From Lama guanicoe (lineage: Eukaryota), in assembly GCA_013239625.1 (NCBI GenBank), contig MU054049.1, forward strand, positions 2,173,892 through 2,237,891: DNA of 64,000 nt. Direction: 5' to 3'. The notes below the pieces were generated by a model that saw only the letters and a list, made by a program, of their open reading frames with translations, was not told the origin of the DNA and did no database searches. A program made the position numbers and the translations under genes. Within the stretch, counting starts at the first letter, position 1. The number at the start of each line of letters is the position of its first letter. Positions 50,737-63,684 of this stretch are shown here, in pieces.

Positions 50737-51790
50737 GTAAGTCAGTCAGACTTGCACTTTCCTTTCTCACAAGTGAAATGCTGAAAGAATCCCAACAAAT
50801 CTCTTTTCCTTTTGTTAATTCCTAGTGTTTTCAGTATTCTTGTATTTGTCCTGTTAGCAAGGGAACGCCATATTCTTCCTTAGCTTTCCTCAGGTTCAGA
50901 ATCTTCTGGAAAATTCAGACATTATAGTCTGGCCCTTTTCCTAGTTCATCCCTGGTTCATTTAATTCACACCCATAGTGAAGTGATTCTACAGAGGCCTC
51001 CCTGAGTCACTGGAGAAGTCATGGATGGCACACAGTGTCTTGAGCTGAGTCCCGCCTGCCCCATGTTATCTTCTCTCACCCTTGCCATCTGCCTTGGCCT
51101 GCCCCTCTCTCGTACCCTGCTCCTTGAGATTCTGAACTGCACATAGAGGGCTTCAGTCCGAAGCATTCTTCTCTCTCCTGGCCAGGCACTTGTATTTGGC
51201 TAAGGACTTCCAGCACGAGGCTCTCTCAGTTTTCCTTAGGGGCCTGTTGTCCTCCCCCTGGGCGGCCTTGTTGGGCTTACTTGGAGATCACTCTGCCCTT
51301 CTTGGCTCCAACCTTTGAGGCTGCATGTTGCAAAATTGTCTTGAATAATCTACTGGAATAGTTTAAAGAAAGGGCTTTAATTTTCTGTAGTTGTAAGAGT
51401 GCAGGGTTATGTTATTATATATGTAGTATATGTATAACATATAGTTATAATAATTAAGGATGTGGACTAGAATTTTAAAATGCAAGATTTTTCTGTGGCT
51501 TGTGGTATAAATTTGCAAGAGAACTCAAAATGATAAAGTTAAATATTTGTGATAAATTGGACCCATCTATTTCAGGCACATCTGTCTTGAAATATCTAGA
51601 TAATTATTTTGTCAAATTTTTACCAAGTATACCCATTAGTTTGGTCAAATGTCCCTCCATATAGGCAGAATTGCAGCAAAAAGCATATTACTTTTAATAC
51701 TTCAAATACGGATTCTGTGTTATTGTCTGTATCCATGGTGATCATAATAACTCTTTTTGACCATAACAGAGCCAGCGACATGCCAGGATT

Positions 51791-51821
<31 letters not shown>

Positions 51822-51849
51822 TCCCATAGCTGTGCTACAGTGAGATGGA

Positions 51850-52060
51850 AAAGAAAAGACCTACATATTTTATGTTCACTGTGTAAGTCGCCACAGGCTA
51901 CCACATTTAGTGAAATATGGCTAAGAAACCTTGGGCAAGTTGCTTAACTTCTCTGAGCCATGAGTGAAGTGGAGATAAAGCCATTTCTCTACCTCCTGGC
52001 ACTGCTGTGCAAATCAAAGGAGATAATGCATGTGAAACACTTCGGACTTGCAGGCACTGT
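51850..52060 (+). mobile_element. MIR
   Basis: 'accttgggcaagttgcttaacttctctgagcc ... gagataatgcatgtgaaacac'. Confidence 0.75.
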
Positions 52061-52275
52061 CATCTGTTATGTTTTTTTCCCCCAGCATTACTATTCAAAG
52101 ATGGTATTTCTGTGCTTTCCAGTCTGTCCTCTTGGCTTTATCATGTTTAAACTGTTTATAATTTGAATTTCATTTTCTAGTTACCTTCAGCATTGCTTAT
52201 TTGTTATTTTTTAATGTAACATTGATATTACTCTGTTACCTCTAGTCATGCTCTGAATTATTCTAGGGGATTTTA

Positions 52276-52490
52276 TTTTTTATTTTTTAAATTTTTTTTA
52301 TTGAAGCATAGTTAGTTTACAATGTTGTGTCAACTTCTGGTGTACAGCACAATGCTTCAGCCATATAGGAACATACATATATTCATTTTCATATTGTTTT
52401 TCACCATAAATCATAAATTACTATAAAACATTGAATATGATTCCCTGTGCTATACTGTATAAACTTGTTTTTTTTTAAATCTATTTTATA
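52276..52490 (-). mobile_element. Short 5'-truncated young L1 3' end
   Basis: T-rich tail; 17-bp TSD tattctaggg(g/a)atttta at 52259-52275 and 52491-52507. Confidence 0.88.
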
Positions 52491-53489
52491 TATTCTAGGG
52501 AATTTTAAAACTAACAAACCATAGTCTTCTATTTGTGTTTTTGAGTACACTTTATTTAGTCTGTGGGATGCATTTGTGTGCCTTATGATTTTTTCCTTCA
52601 CTTTTGGTAATTACATATATATTTTCTGATAGTCACTGCTTTACTCTGTTACATTTAAATGTTTTTAATTCATTTTTGTATTTTTTAATAAGCTCATTGT
52701 TCTTGAAGCTCATAATGTTAATAGACCAAGTCAAACAAACCTTTGTCTCAGATTTTTTTTTTAGTGGGTGGCATGTGGAGACCTTGTGGTATTACTTTAC
52801 CATCTTCCCTAAAATTCTTAGAACTTTCAAGTTTAATTTTGGTCTTAATTTCAGTAAAAAGTAGGAGTGAGGTAATCTTGATACCTTAGGTTTCTACCTT
52901 GCTACCTGTTGGTCTAGCTGAGGGCAAGACAGTGGCCAGATGTGAGTTGCTTGTAAGAGCTTTTTTCCCTGGTTGAGTGAAGGAAATAGGCTTTGAGGTG
53001 ATGCTGTTAGTGTGATAGCATGTTTTATGCTCTTCTTTGGCTCGGCAGGGAAGTCTTCAGTAACTTGCTACCTGTTCATCATTGGATTTTTGACTCAAAG
53101 ATTGAAACTGCTCATCTGTAACTTATGAAACTTTAGTTTTCCTCTGTCTTAAAAGAGCTTTTATCAGTCATTCTTAACAACTTTTAATTGTGTCCTTTTA
53201 GAATTATTTAAAAAAATACTTGGATCACATTTCATTATATTTGACTTCCATTATAGTTTAGGACTTAGTCTGATGTGGTCAATCTGCTGCAAATATTTAA
53301 AGATCATTGTTTCTTCCCAATTAATATGAACTGTACCAGGATGAAAAATACTGAATTTTTGTTTTTGTTTTCTAGATTTTCACTGTGCTACTTGATCAGT
53401 ATTTGAGACAGTGAACAGTAGTGAACAGTGTTATAGTTTGAGTTACAAATGAGATTCCCACCTGATTATGGCTCCTGTTTGAGAATAAT

Positions 53490-55130
53490 TGATTTAATCA
53501 GTATTTATTAAATGGGTTTTATGTAGTAGGCATTGGGCTAGAGAGCAGAGATACAAAGATGGGCAAAATGATATAGAATCTCTGCCTTTGGGGAGCTTAC
53601 AGCCCAGTAAAGGAGAAAGTCCTTAATTAAAGAATTCGATACATTTGAAATTCCAGCTGTGAAAATTGTTAATGAAGTAGAAGTTCTTCTAAAGACCTGT
53701 AAATGTGGGATTTCCTGAGGTTAGTCAGGTGGTAATTAGATCCTGAGGGGCAGGAAGAGCATTGTAGGCAAGCAACAGCATATTTGAAGGCCCTTGGATA
53801 GGAAAAGCCTTAGGGGACTGAAAGAAAGCCACTGTTGCTGGACTGTAGAGGGAGAGGGTGGTACAAAATGAGATTGGACAGATAAATAGGGGTCACACTA
53901 CATAGGGCCTTGTAGGCCATGTAAAATGAGTATCTTGAGATATGATTTAGAGACTGTAAAATTCACTTATTTTAAGTGTGCACTTCGGTGGGGATAGTAA
54001 ATTTAGAGTTGTGCATCCATTTTGAGGCATTTTCATTTGCCCCCAAAAGTCCCCTCATGCACATTTGCAGTTAATGCCTACTCCTACCCCAACCCTATGC
54101 AGCCACTGACCTGCTTTCTGTCCCTATGAATCTGCCTTTTCAAGAAACATCACAAAAGTAGAATCATACAATTTGTTGTCTTTTGTGTCTGACTTCTTTA
54201 ACTTTGCATATTGTCTTTGAGGTTCATCCATTCTGTAGCATGTATCATTGGTTTGTTCCTTTTATTGCTGAATAGTGTTCCATTGTGTGAATATGCCACT
54301 TTTGTCTGTGTATCAGTTGATGGGCATTTGGAATGTTTCCAGTTTGGGGCTATTAATGAATAATGCTTCTGTGAACATTCATGTCTGTCCACACAGGACA
54401 TATGTCTTTGTTTCTCTTAGGTAAATTCCCAGAAGTGGTATTGCTGGGTCATATGATAAGTTTATGTTTGACTTATGAAGAAACTGCCAAACTGTTTTCC
54501 AAGGTTTATATATCACTTTACTGGCAATATGTGAGGACTCCAGTTTCTCCAGAACCTACAGTTGAGATTAACTTCTTTTTGATTATAGCTATTCTAGTAG
54601 GGATATAGTATTATCTCATTGTGGTTTTAATTTGCAGATCATTTCAAAAGCTTACTTGCTATTAATTTATCTCTGTTGGGAAGTGTCTACTAAAATCTTT
54701 TTTGTCCATTTTTTAAAAGGATTGTCTTCTTGAATTGTAGGAGTTCTTTATATATTCTGGATACAAGTCTTTTATCAGATATTGTCACATTTTTTCCCCA
54801 GTTTTTTCAGTTTTCTTGATAGTATCTTTTAAAGCACAAAAGTCTTAAATTTGATCAAATTTGATTTCTCTGTATTTTCTCTTTGAGTAAAATGCACAAA
54901 GTTGGTCACTAAAGCCAAAGTTATGGATTGGATAACTCAGGAAAAGGGAACATAGAATGAGAAGGGGAGAAGGTAAAATGGAGCTTTGAGGGATCCTAAC
55001 ATTTAGTGTCGTGCTGGAGGTGACAGATGGGCAAAGGTAAAGGAGAAGTAGGAGGAAGATCAGGAGAATGCCGGGTCATGTAAGTAAGGTATTTGGAGAC
55101 TAGGAAGGAATAAATGTGGTAAGTCAAATA
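53490..55130 (-). mobile_element. LINE-2 interrupted by an L1MB-like element (~53935-54885)
   Basis: L2 text 'ctctgcctttggggagcttacag', 'agggccttgtaggccatg'; L1 ORF 54198-54401 (IAPNWKHSKCPST). Confidence 0.7.
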
Positions 55131-58100
55131 ACATGGGCCCAGAAAACGTCCTTATTACACCCCACCTCTTTTCCCCCAGCCTCCTGATTTAGTTATGTCA
55201 CAGTGTTGTTTATATCATTATCATGCTTATACCATTATCAGTATGGAAATGCTTTTCATTTTAGAGCCAAGTGATGACGTTTTCCTTCTTTTCTAGTTTT
55301 GTTGTTATTGTTTTTACTTGGTATTTTCACTTGTATGGTTATTATTATGCTTATCCTTAGGTCTTCCAAGATGTCCATGACATTATCTGTCATTCCATCT
55401 TCCCTGTTGAGACTTGCTTTATTCTGGAGACCTGCCCCTAGAAGTGTTCTGTATGTCTACTACACTCTAGACTAATAGTCTCTAAGCCTGCTTTGCAGCT
55501 ACGAGTCCAGAACTTCCATTTTGTGCATCTTCCAAGTTATGATGACTGTGTCGTTCATTCTCTGTTTTTCTTTTCCTTGATTTAGTCCTTTATTTTGAAA
55601 GAGTACATCTTCCAAGAGTTTCCCTTAAAAAGGTGCATGGGAAATTTATTTCCTGGCTGAACATTTAAGAGGATTTTGATTGACTTATTTAAAAAGATTT
55701 CTAAAACTTTAGAGTTATCTTTATTTCCCCTAGGTTTGAGTTGTTTGTTGTTGTCGCGGTTGTTGTTGTTTTGGTATGTATTATTTTGGTTCCTTTCATT
55801 TGGAGCTCTTCTCCTAAGTTTGGTCAGTAAATGAGAAAGGCCAAGAACAGTTTCTGTGAAATGGGGAGCAGAGATTGGCTTGCATTGAACTGAGTTGTGT
55901 AAGGCAAGAAAGTAAAGAACATTGTAGATAATTCAGAAAGTTTGGTTTTAGAGGGAAAGAGGATAGGAGCATTGAAAGCATTTTTACTTTTGTTTTTAAA
56001 GATGAGAGACCCCTAAAGCACTTGGAAATTCTGTATCAATGTGGAATTTTACAAAATTTTAATAGCATCTAGTAACATAACTACTTATTGTATGCATTTT
56101 TCTTGGAAAACGGGTTCTATTACTTTGTCGATGTCAAGGAGCCTTTAGGAAGGAGAGGATGAATGGGGTAGGAGGGTGGCTGATAGAGTGGGGACCTGAA
56201 ATAGCCAGGTGAGGAAGCTGCAAAGAGCCGAGGTACATCCCTAGTGCTGGGATTGCCTCTTCCTTTGAACTGCACAAAAAATTTACATAATTTATGAAAG
56301 GGTTGGGGGCCGTGGACAAGTTTATATGACTGGTGACAGAAAATTGAGGAACTTTTACAATAAGTATTTAAGCAGTAAAAATGCCTGATTTCATGGTCAG
56401 ATCCATGTGGGCTCCCTTTTCACAAGGAAATCTGTTGTTGTTAAGAGAGAACAATCTTTTCTCCTCTGGTGGAAAGAAGGCTTTCACTATTTTGGAACAA
56501 GAAGTTTCCTTTATAACCATGATTAAAAGAAAAAAAAATTAGCAATAGCCCATGTTTGTTATTCTTTTCTGTAAAAGATGATGGTTCCTGCCTCAGATAG
56601 GTTTTTGCCATAGCGACAGGGACAAACATACTGAAAAAAAAGCAGCGTCAGCAACAGATAACCTCTTAAGCGCTGGACAGATGGCTCAGATTTATTGATG
56701 GTGGACAAGCACTACCCTCCCCTGTCTGCCATGTTATAATTCTATGTTCCTGCTCGCTGGCACTTCATGTTCTGAGGCTCCATTTCTGTGTGTGTGTAAA
56801 GGCCATTCCATTGCAGTTGCTTTTTGTAGGAAGTATGCAGACTGAAAATAGTGTGACATGGAAATATTAATAAAATCTTACTGTGTGTAAAGTATGAAAT
56901 GATGGCAATCTGCAAAATCAGTAACTTTGGAATGAAAGTCAGATGTAGTAAAACACCATGAAGAAAGGCCAGCTATTCCCATGATATACTGTGCTGTTTT
57001 TTAAGGGAAAGCACCCTGCAAAACTATTAGAGGAGTTGCTGAAAAAATTTAAAAGGAGCATAAAACACCACCACAGTGATTGAAAACATCAGTGAGCATT
57101 CATCCTCCTACTTTATTCCTGTAAGAAAATTAAGCTTAATTTCTGCGAGGCCTTCAGAAATGTATTTCCTCACAGAAAATGAGCCCTTTTGTGGTTGTAT
57201 AAATTCATCAATAATATAAAATTATGACTATTTGCAACCTGTGTGGAATGAATTGAGCTTTTAATTTTAACTCTTTAAAAATACAGATTTAAAGTATCAT
57301 ATTGTTACTAAAGGTTTAGAAAATAGAAAGATGAAAAGTCATTTATATCACATCATTAAACTGCTGTTGGCATTTTTAATGAGTTTCTCTCCTAATATTT
57401 ATTTGCTTGCATATCTATTAACACAGTTTTAATTATAATGTATGTAGTTTTTATCACCTGATTTTTATGACACTGTGTTTCTCTTACTTCTGATGCTCAG
57501 ATAATATTCCTTTGATTGTACCAGTACCACAGTTTGCTTAGCTTTTCCCTAATTTGGGGAAATTAAGGGTACTTTTAATTTTTTCTTTGTTGTACATATG
57601 TGATGTTGAAAATCTTGGGGCTTGAAGATTTTTGCATATTTTCTCATGCTTGACTTCCCAAAGGTAAGCTCTTTCCACGATTTTGAGCTCTGTTGCTCGG
57701 CATTTTTCCTGTTGGGCATTCTGAAATTACGATACTTCTGGGAGGATCATGAGAACACGGGCTCAGCACATTCTGGTCAATGATAAGTTTTGCCATATCT
57801 TTACAGAATTTTGTAAAGGAAAAAAGTGGTTCCCTGAGCTGTTGCCTTTCTTTAATTATTAAAATGTTAAGTGAGGACCCAGGCTGTGTCCTTACTTGTG
57901 AAGCAGCTGTTCCCAAGTCCTGCCCATTGATCTATAGGGATGTCAATGTTTTTTAAAAGCTATTTGTATTAACTTCTTATAAAAAGATAGTAACTTTCAG
58001 TTCTATTTACTACAAATATTTTCTGGTCTTTTTTTTTTTGCCTATTTGTGTACTTTTGCCTTTAATTTTATAGACATACCTACAACCCTTTTTCTTTTGT

Positions 58101-59539
58101 GTTTTTTTCCCCTATTAACTGTAGGCTTAGAAAATCAGCCTTCCTTTAGTTCTTTACTATATTAAGTTGTATTTTATTATACTTATGTGTTTTTTTACTT
58201 TTTTTTTTACATCAAATTGATATCTGTGAATGAATTTTGAGTCTTAAATATTCTTTTCCCTTCCAGTTACATTAAGTCTTATCACATTAGGAGAAGAATT
58301 CTAGCTATATGTTAAATAATAACCGATAATATGCTTATTTTGCTTTTTAGTTTAATAAGAATGCCTCTAAGAGTTGCTGTGTGAGTGTAATGTAAACTTT
58401 TGACTGAGGTAGGTGTTTTTTCCTATAGTTATGAATTTTCCATTGCTGTTTCCTGTAAGGTTTTAAAATCCTAGATTGGTATTGGGTTTTATCATTTGCT
58501 TATAGCATCTAATGACATAAATGATTGATCTTTCAGATTTCCCTTGGAAACCAGATTCTGTGTATTCAGGTGTCACAGTATGCTGATGACTCCCAGTGTG
58601 CACTGTGTACATATCTTGGGTTTCCCACAGGCGTGTCAAGCTTAGTGTGCCAGTGGCCAACTTCTGTATCCTCCAGTCGTCTGTGCATTTGGGTCTTGTG
58701 ACCGCACAGCTAGAAACCAGAGGGTGGTTAGACCCCCTCACCAGATTATGTCAGTCCTCCTTTTCATGGTCTCTCTCCTCCCTTCACGTTCTCTGTTCTA
58801 GTTCTGGCCGTGATCATTCAGTGCTGTGTGTTACAACTGGTCTCCTCATTCCTACTGCTTTTTTTTCTTTCTGTGTCTACTAGCTGCTGTTCATAGGCTT
58901 CTCATTTCTTATATGAAATGTGCTTTTGATAAAAACAGGCTTAACTTTAAGTTGTTTATTTAGAATCCCAGTCAGGATACTGTGATTCAACAACTCACAA
59001 TGGGGAGGAGCAGGGCGCTGCTGGAGCCTGGTACCCTGTGAAGAAGGGTGCAGGGAGGCATGCAGACCTAGAGTGACTGTCTCTCAGGAAGGCTGCCACT
59101 GGCATCTTGTTTCTTCTCCTGGCTGCCTCTTTGTCATTTGTATTTGTCCCCAGCATTGTCGGAATGGGCAGAATCCTTCGTTTATCTTGACCATCTGGAA
59201 GGCACATAGAACAGCTTGATTGTTAAGCCATGCTGGCCATCCTCTGGATTGGACCTTCTACCTCTCCCCTTATAGGGATAGGATTGTCCGCCTGCATCCC
59301 CTCAGAGTCATGCTGCTAGAAGTCCTAAGTAAATGTCAGAAAGAACTTGAGGTCCCAGTTGTGTGCATCTTGTGTCAGACTGAGGTGTAGAAGGACAGAA
59401 AATGGTACTGAAAAGACAAAGCCAACAAGCTGGCCTTTGTGAGGCAGTGAGAGGCATCATTGAAGATGCTTGAAAAAGCAGGCTGGAAAATGTGCTGATG
59501 CTAAGAATTACCCTTATATTTGTGTTCATGGGCATAATC

Positions 59540-59710
59540 TTATTTGGTTTTCACAGTAACCTTGTGAACTGAGTAGAGATTATTATCTTTCCTGTTTCAC
59601 AGTTGAAGACACAGAGCCTTTGAAATTCATCAGTTTGCCCAACATCACGTTAGTATATAATAGTCAGGACTTGAATTTATGTTTCTGATCACTGATTTTA
59701 TGCTCTTCCT
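59540..59710 (-). mobile_element. MIR
   Basis: 'tcacagtaaccttgtga ... tttcacagttgaagacacagag ... tttgcccaacatcac'. Confidence 0.65.
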
Positions 59711-59842
59711 GTTACCTTTCTTAAAACTGGGAGAGTGACAGGATAGCAGTAGCCATCTCCCTATCATCTGGATAAATTACATTAAGCTACCACAAAGGAA
59801 AAATAAAATTTTATCTGTCTTAATGCATATTAATTTTCCCAT

Positions 59843-61405
59843 ATTTTAAAACAGTTTTATTGAGATATAATTTACATCCACTATAATCCACTCATTAAAG
59901 GTACAATTCTGTGGCTTTTAGTATACTTAAGAATTATGCAACCATCAACCGTAATAAATTTTAGAACGTCATTACCCTAAAAAGAAATCCTTTTAGCCAT
60001 CACCGCCCCTGCCCCTCCAGCCCCTACCCCAGCCATTGGGAATCACTAATAAACTTTCTATCTATAGATTTACCTACTCTGGACATTGTATATAAATGTA
60101 ATCATACAATACGTGGTCCTGCTTTCACTTAGTATACTGTTTTCAAGGTTCATCCATGTTGTAGTATGTACCCATAATTCATTTCTCTTTATTGCTAAAT
60201 AATATTCTGTTACACAGATAACATTTTCTTTATACATCCATCAGTATATAAACATTTGAGTTATTTCCATATTTTGAGGAAAAGCCAGGCTATTTTCCAA
60301 AGCAGCTGCATACATTTCTACCAGCAGTGTATGAGGGTTACATTTTCTCTAACATACTTGCCAACCCTTGTCTGTTTTTAATTATAGCCGTAATTATAAA
60401 GTGCTATCTCATGGTTTTTGGTTTGAATTCTCCTGTTGGCTAACAATGTGGAACAACCCATTTTTCATTGGGTTATTTTTTTTCTTTTACTATTGAATTG
60501 CATCAGTCCTTTACATATTTTTATTTTATTTTTAACCTTATTTTATTAAACCATATGTATCCACAGAATTAATGTTTTACCATGTAATCAGTATAAAAGA
60601 ATTATTAATAGGCTATTTTACATTTTTTTATACTGAGTTTTTTGAAAATTGAGGTATAATTGATTTACAATATTGTTTCAAATGTACAACATGGTGATTC
60701 AAAATTTTGATAGATTATACCCCACTTAAAGTTGTTACAAAGTAGTGGGTATTCTCCCTGTTCTGTGCAGTATATCTTTTTGTAGCTTATATATTTTATA
60801 CATAGTAGTTTATGCCTCTATTCCTCTATACCTACCTTACCCCACCTCTTTGGTAACAGATTATTCCCTATATCTGTGAGTGTGTTTCTGTTTTGTTATA
60901 TTCATTCATTTGTTTTATTTTTTAGATTCCACATATAAGTAATAACATACAGTATTTGTCTTTCTGTGTCTAACTTGCTTTACTAAGCATAGGTCCATCC
61001 ATGTTGTAAATGGCAAAATTCCATCTTCTTTATCCATTCATCCATTGATAGGTCCTTTGCATATTTTAGAAACAAGTCCCTTGTTACGTGATTTGCAAAA
61101 AAATTTACTCTGTTCTATGCTTGTCTTTTCACTTTCTTGATGGTATCTGTTGAAGCCCAAAGGTTTTTATTTTTATGATGTTTAGTTTTTTCATTTATTT
61201 ATGTGATTTAGGGGTCTAATTTATTTTTTTTGCATGTGGCTATCTAGTTATCCCAGCACTATGTGTTGAAAAGATTATTCTTTCCTCATTGAGTGATCTT
61301 GGTACTGTTGTTGAAAAATCAATTGGCCATAGATACATGGATTTATTTCTTGACTCTAAATTCTATTCTATTGATCTATTATTTATCCTTATTCCATTTC
61401 CATGC
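59843..61405 (-). mobile_element. L1MB-like 3' region hosting later insertions
   Basis: 'cagttttattgagatataatttac', 'gatttacctactctggacatt'; host text resumes after 61067. Confidence 0.8.
60522..61051 (-). mobile_element. 5'-truncated L1 plus MER33-derived extra 3' segment within one TSD pair
   Basis: 16-bp TSD gtccttt(a/g)catatttt at 60506-60521 and 61052-61067. Confidence 0.75.
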
Positions 61406-61871
61406 TTTTTTTTAAAAAAAAATTGAAGTATAATTGGCATACAATAGTATATTAGTTTCAGGTGTACAACAGTGATTTGGTATCTATGTACATTACAAAA
61501 TGATCACCACAAAAAATCTAGTAACTACCTGTCATCACACAAAGTTACTACAATATTAATGACTATATTCCCCATGGTATGCTTTAAATCCCAATGACCT
61601 TTCACTTTATAACTGGACATTTTTGTACCTCCTGACCCACCTCCCCACCATCCATTTTTCCCACACTTTCCACCCCATTCCACTCTGGCCATCACCATCT
61701 GTTCTCTGATCTATGAGTCTAGTTTTGTTTTACTTGTGTGTTTATTTTGTTTTTTAGATTCTACATATAAGTGAAATCATGGTGTTTTATCTTTCTCTGA
61801 TTTATTTCACTTAGCATAATACACTGAAGGTCCATCCATGTTGTTACAAATGACAAAGTTTCATTCTTTTT

Positions 61872-62188
61872 ATAATGTATGTATTTTTATTGAAGTAAAG
61901 TCAGTTTACAATGTTGTGTCAGTTTCTGGTGTACAGCACAATAGTTCAGTCATATAGGAACATACCTATATTCATTTTCATATTTTCTTTCACCATAAGT
62001 TACTACAAGATATTGAATATAATTCCCTGTGCTATATAGTATAAACTTGTTTATCTGTTTTTTATATATTAGTTAGTATCTGCAAATCTCAAACTTTCAA
62101 TTTTCCCTTCCCACCCCCGGTAACTGTAAGTTTATTTTCTGTGTGTGTGAGTCTGTTTCTGTTTTTTAAATAAGTTCTTTTTTTCCCC
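61872..62188 (-). mobile_element. Short young L1 3' end nested in L1
   Basis: TSD cattcttttt at 61862-61871 and 62189-62198; similar to 52276-52490. Confidence 0.8.
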
Positions 62189-62216
62189 CATTCTTTTTCA
62201 TGGCTGAGCAATATTC

Positions 62217-62218
<2 letters not shown>

Positions 62219-62258
<40 letters not shown>
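62219..62258. repeat. (GT)n microsatellite, about 20 units
   Basis: Directly visible. Confidence 0.97.
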
Positions 62259-62260
<2 letters not shown>

Positions 62261-63497
62261 TACATCTTCTTTATCCATTCATGTATCAATGGACACTTAA
62301 GCTACTTCCATATCTTGGCTATTTTAAATAATGCTGCAGTGAACATAGAGGTCCATATATCTTGTTGAATTACTGTTTTTGTTTTCTTTTGATGAATAGC
62401 CAGAAGTAGAATTGCTGGATTATATTCTATTCCTATTTTTAATTTTTTGAGGAACCTACGTATTGTTTTTCTTCGTGGCCACATCAGTTTACATTCCACC
62501 AGCAGTGCACAAAGTTTCCCTTTTCTCCACAATGCTTGTTTTTTGTTGTCTTTTTGATAATAGCCATTCTGACAGGTGGGAGGTGATGGTGATATCTCAT
62601 TCTGATTTTGATTTACATTTTTCTGATGAATGATGATATTGAGCATTTTTTTTTTCTGTGCCCTTTGGCCATCTGTATGTTTTTGGAAAAGTGTTCAGCT
62701 CTCTTGCACATTTTTAATTGAACTATTTGGGTTTTATTTTTATGTTGCGTTGCCTGAGTTCTTTATATATTTTGGGTATTAATCTCTTATTGAATATATT
62801 ATTTGCAAGTATCTTCTCCCACCCAGAAGAAGTTGCTTTTTTGTTTTGTTAATGTTTTCCTTCATTGTGCAAAAACTTTTTAGTTTAATTATTTTTGCTT
62901 TTGTTGCCCTTGCTTATAGAGTCAGATCCAGAAAAATACCGCTAAGACCATTGTTGAGGCCTAATTTTTTCCTAGGATTTTTGTAGTTTCAGGTCTTAAT
63001 TCAAATATTTAATCCATTTTGAGTTAATTTTTATGTATGAAGCTTTTCGGTTTTTGCAATACCATTTGCTGAAGAGACTGTCTTTTTCCCGTTGTATATT
63101 CTCGCTTTCTTTGTTGTAGATTAATTGACCATCCATGCGTGGGTTTATTTCTGGGCTCTCTGTTCTGTTCCATTGACCTTTGTGCCTGTTTTTGTGCCAG
63201 TACCATGCTGTTTAGATTCCTTTGTAATATAGTTTGAAGTCAAGGATCATGATTCATCCAACTTTGGTCTTTCTTCAGATTACTTTGGCTATATTGGTCT
63301 TTTGTGGTCCCATACAAATTTTAGGATTATTTGTTCTAGTTCTGTGGAAAATACCATTGGTGTTTCGATAGGGATTGCGTTGAATCTGTAGATTGCCTTG
63401 GGTAGTATGGACATTTTAACAGTATTATTTTTTTCAATCCATGAGCACAGTATTTGTTTTTATTTATAGCATCTTTAGTTTCTTTCATCAATGTCTT

Positions 63498-63684
63498 TTT
63501 TTTAATATAACATTTTTTATTGAGTTATAGTCAGTTTACAGTGTTGTGTAGACTTCCAGTGTAGAGCACAATTTTTCAGTTATACATGAACATACATATA
63601 TATTCATTGTCACATTCTTTTTCACAGTGAGCTACCGCAAGATCTTGTGTAATCCCTGTGCTATACAGTATAATCTTGTTTATC
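63498..63684 (-). mobile_element. Short young L1 3' end nested in L1
   Basis: Exact 14-bp TSD ttcatcaatgtctt at 63484-63497 and 63685-63698; homologous to 44996-45210. Confidence 0.9.

Noticed and set aside
53355..53440. Good acceptor ttttgttttctag|
   Set aside because: No strong donor at a plausible exon distance.
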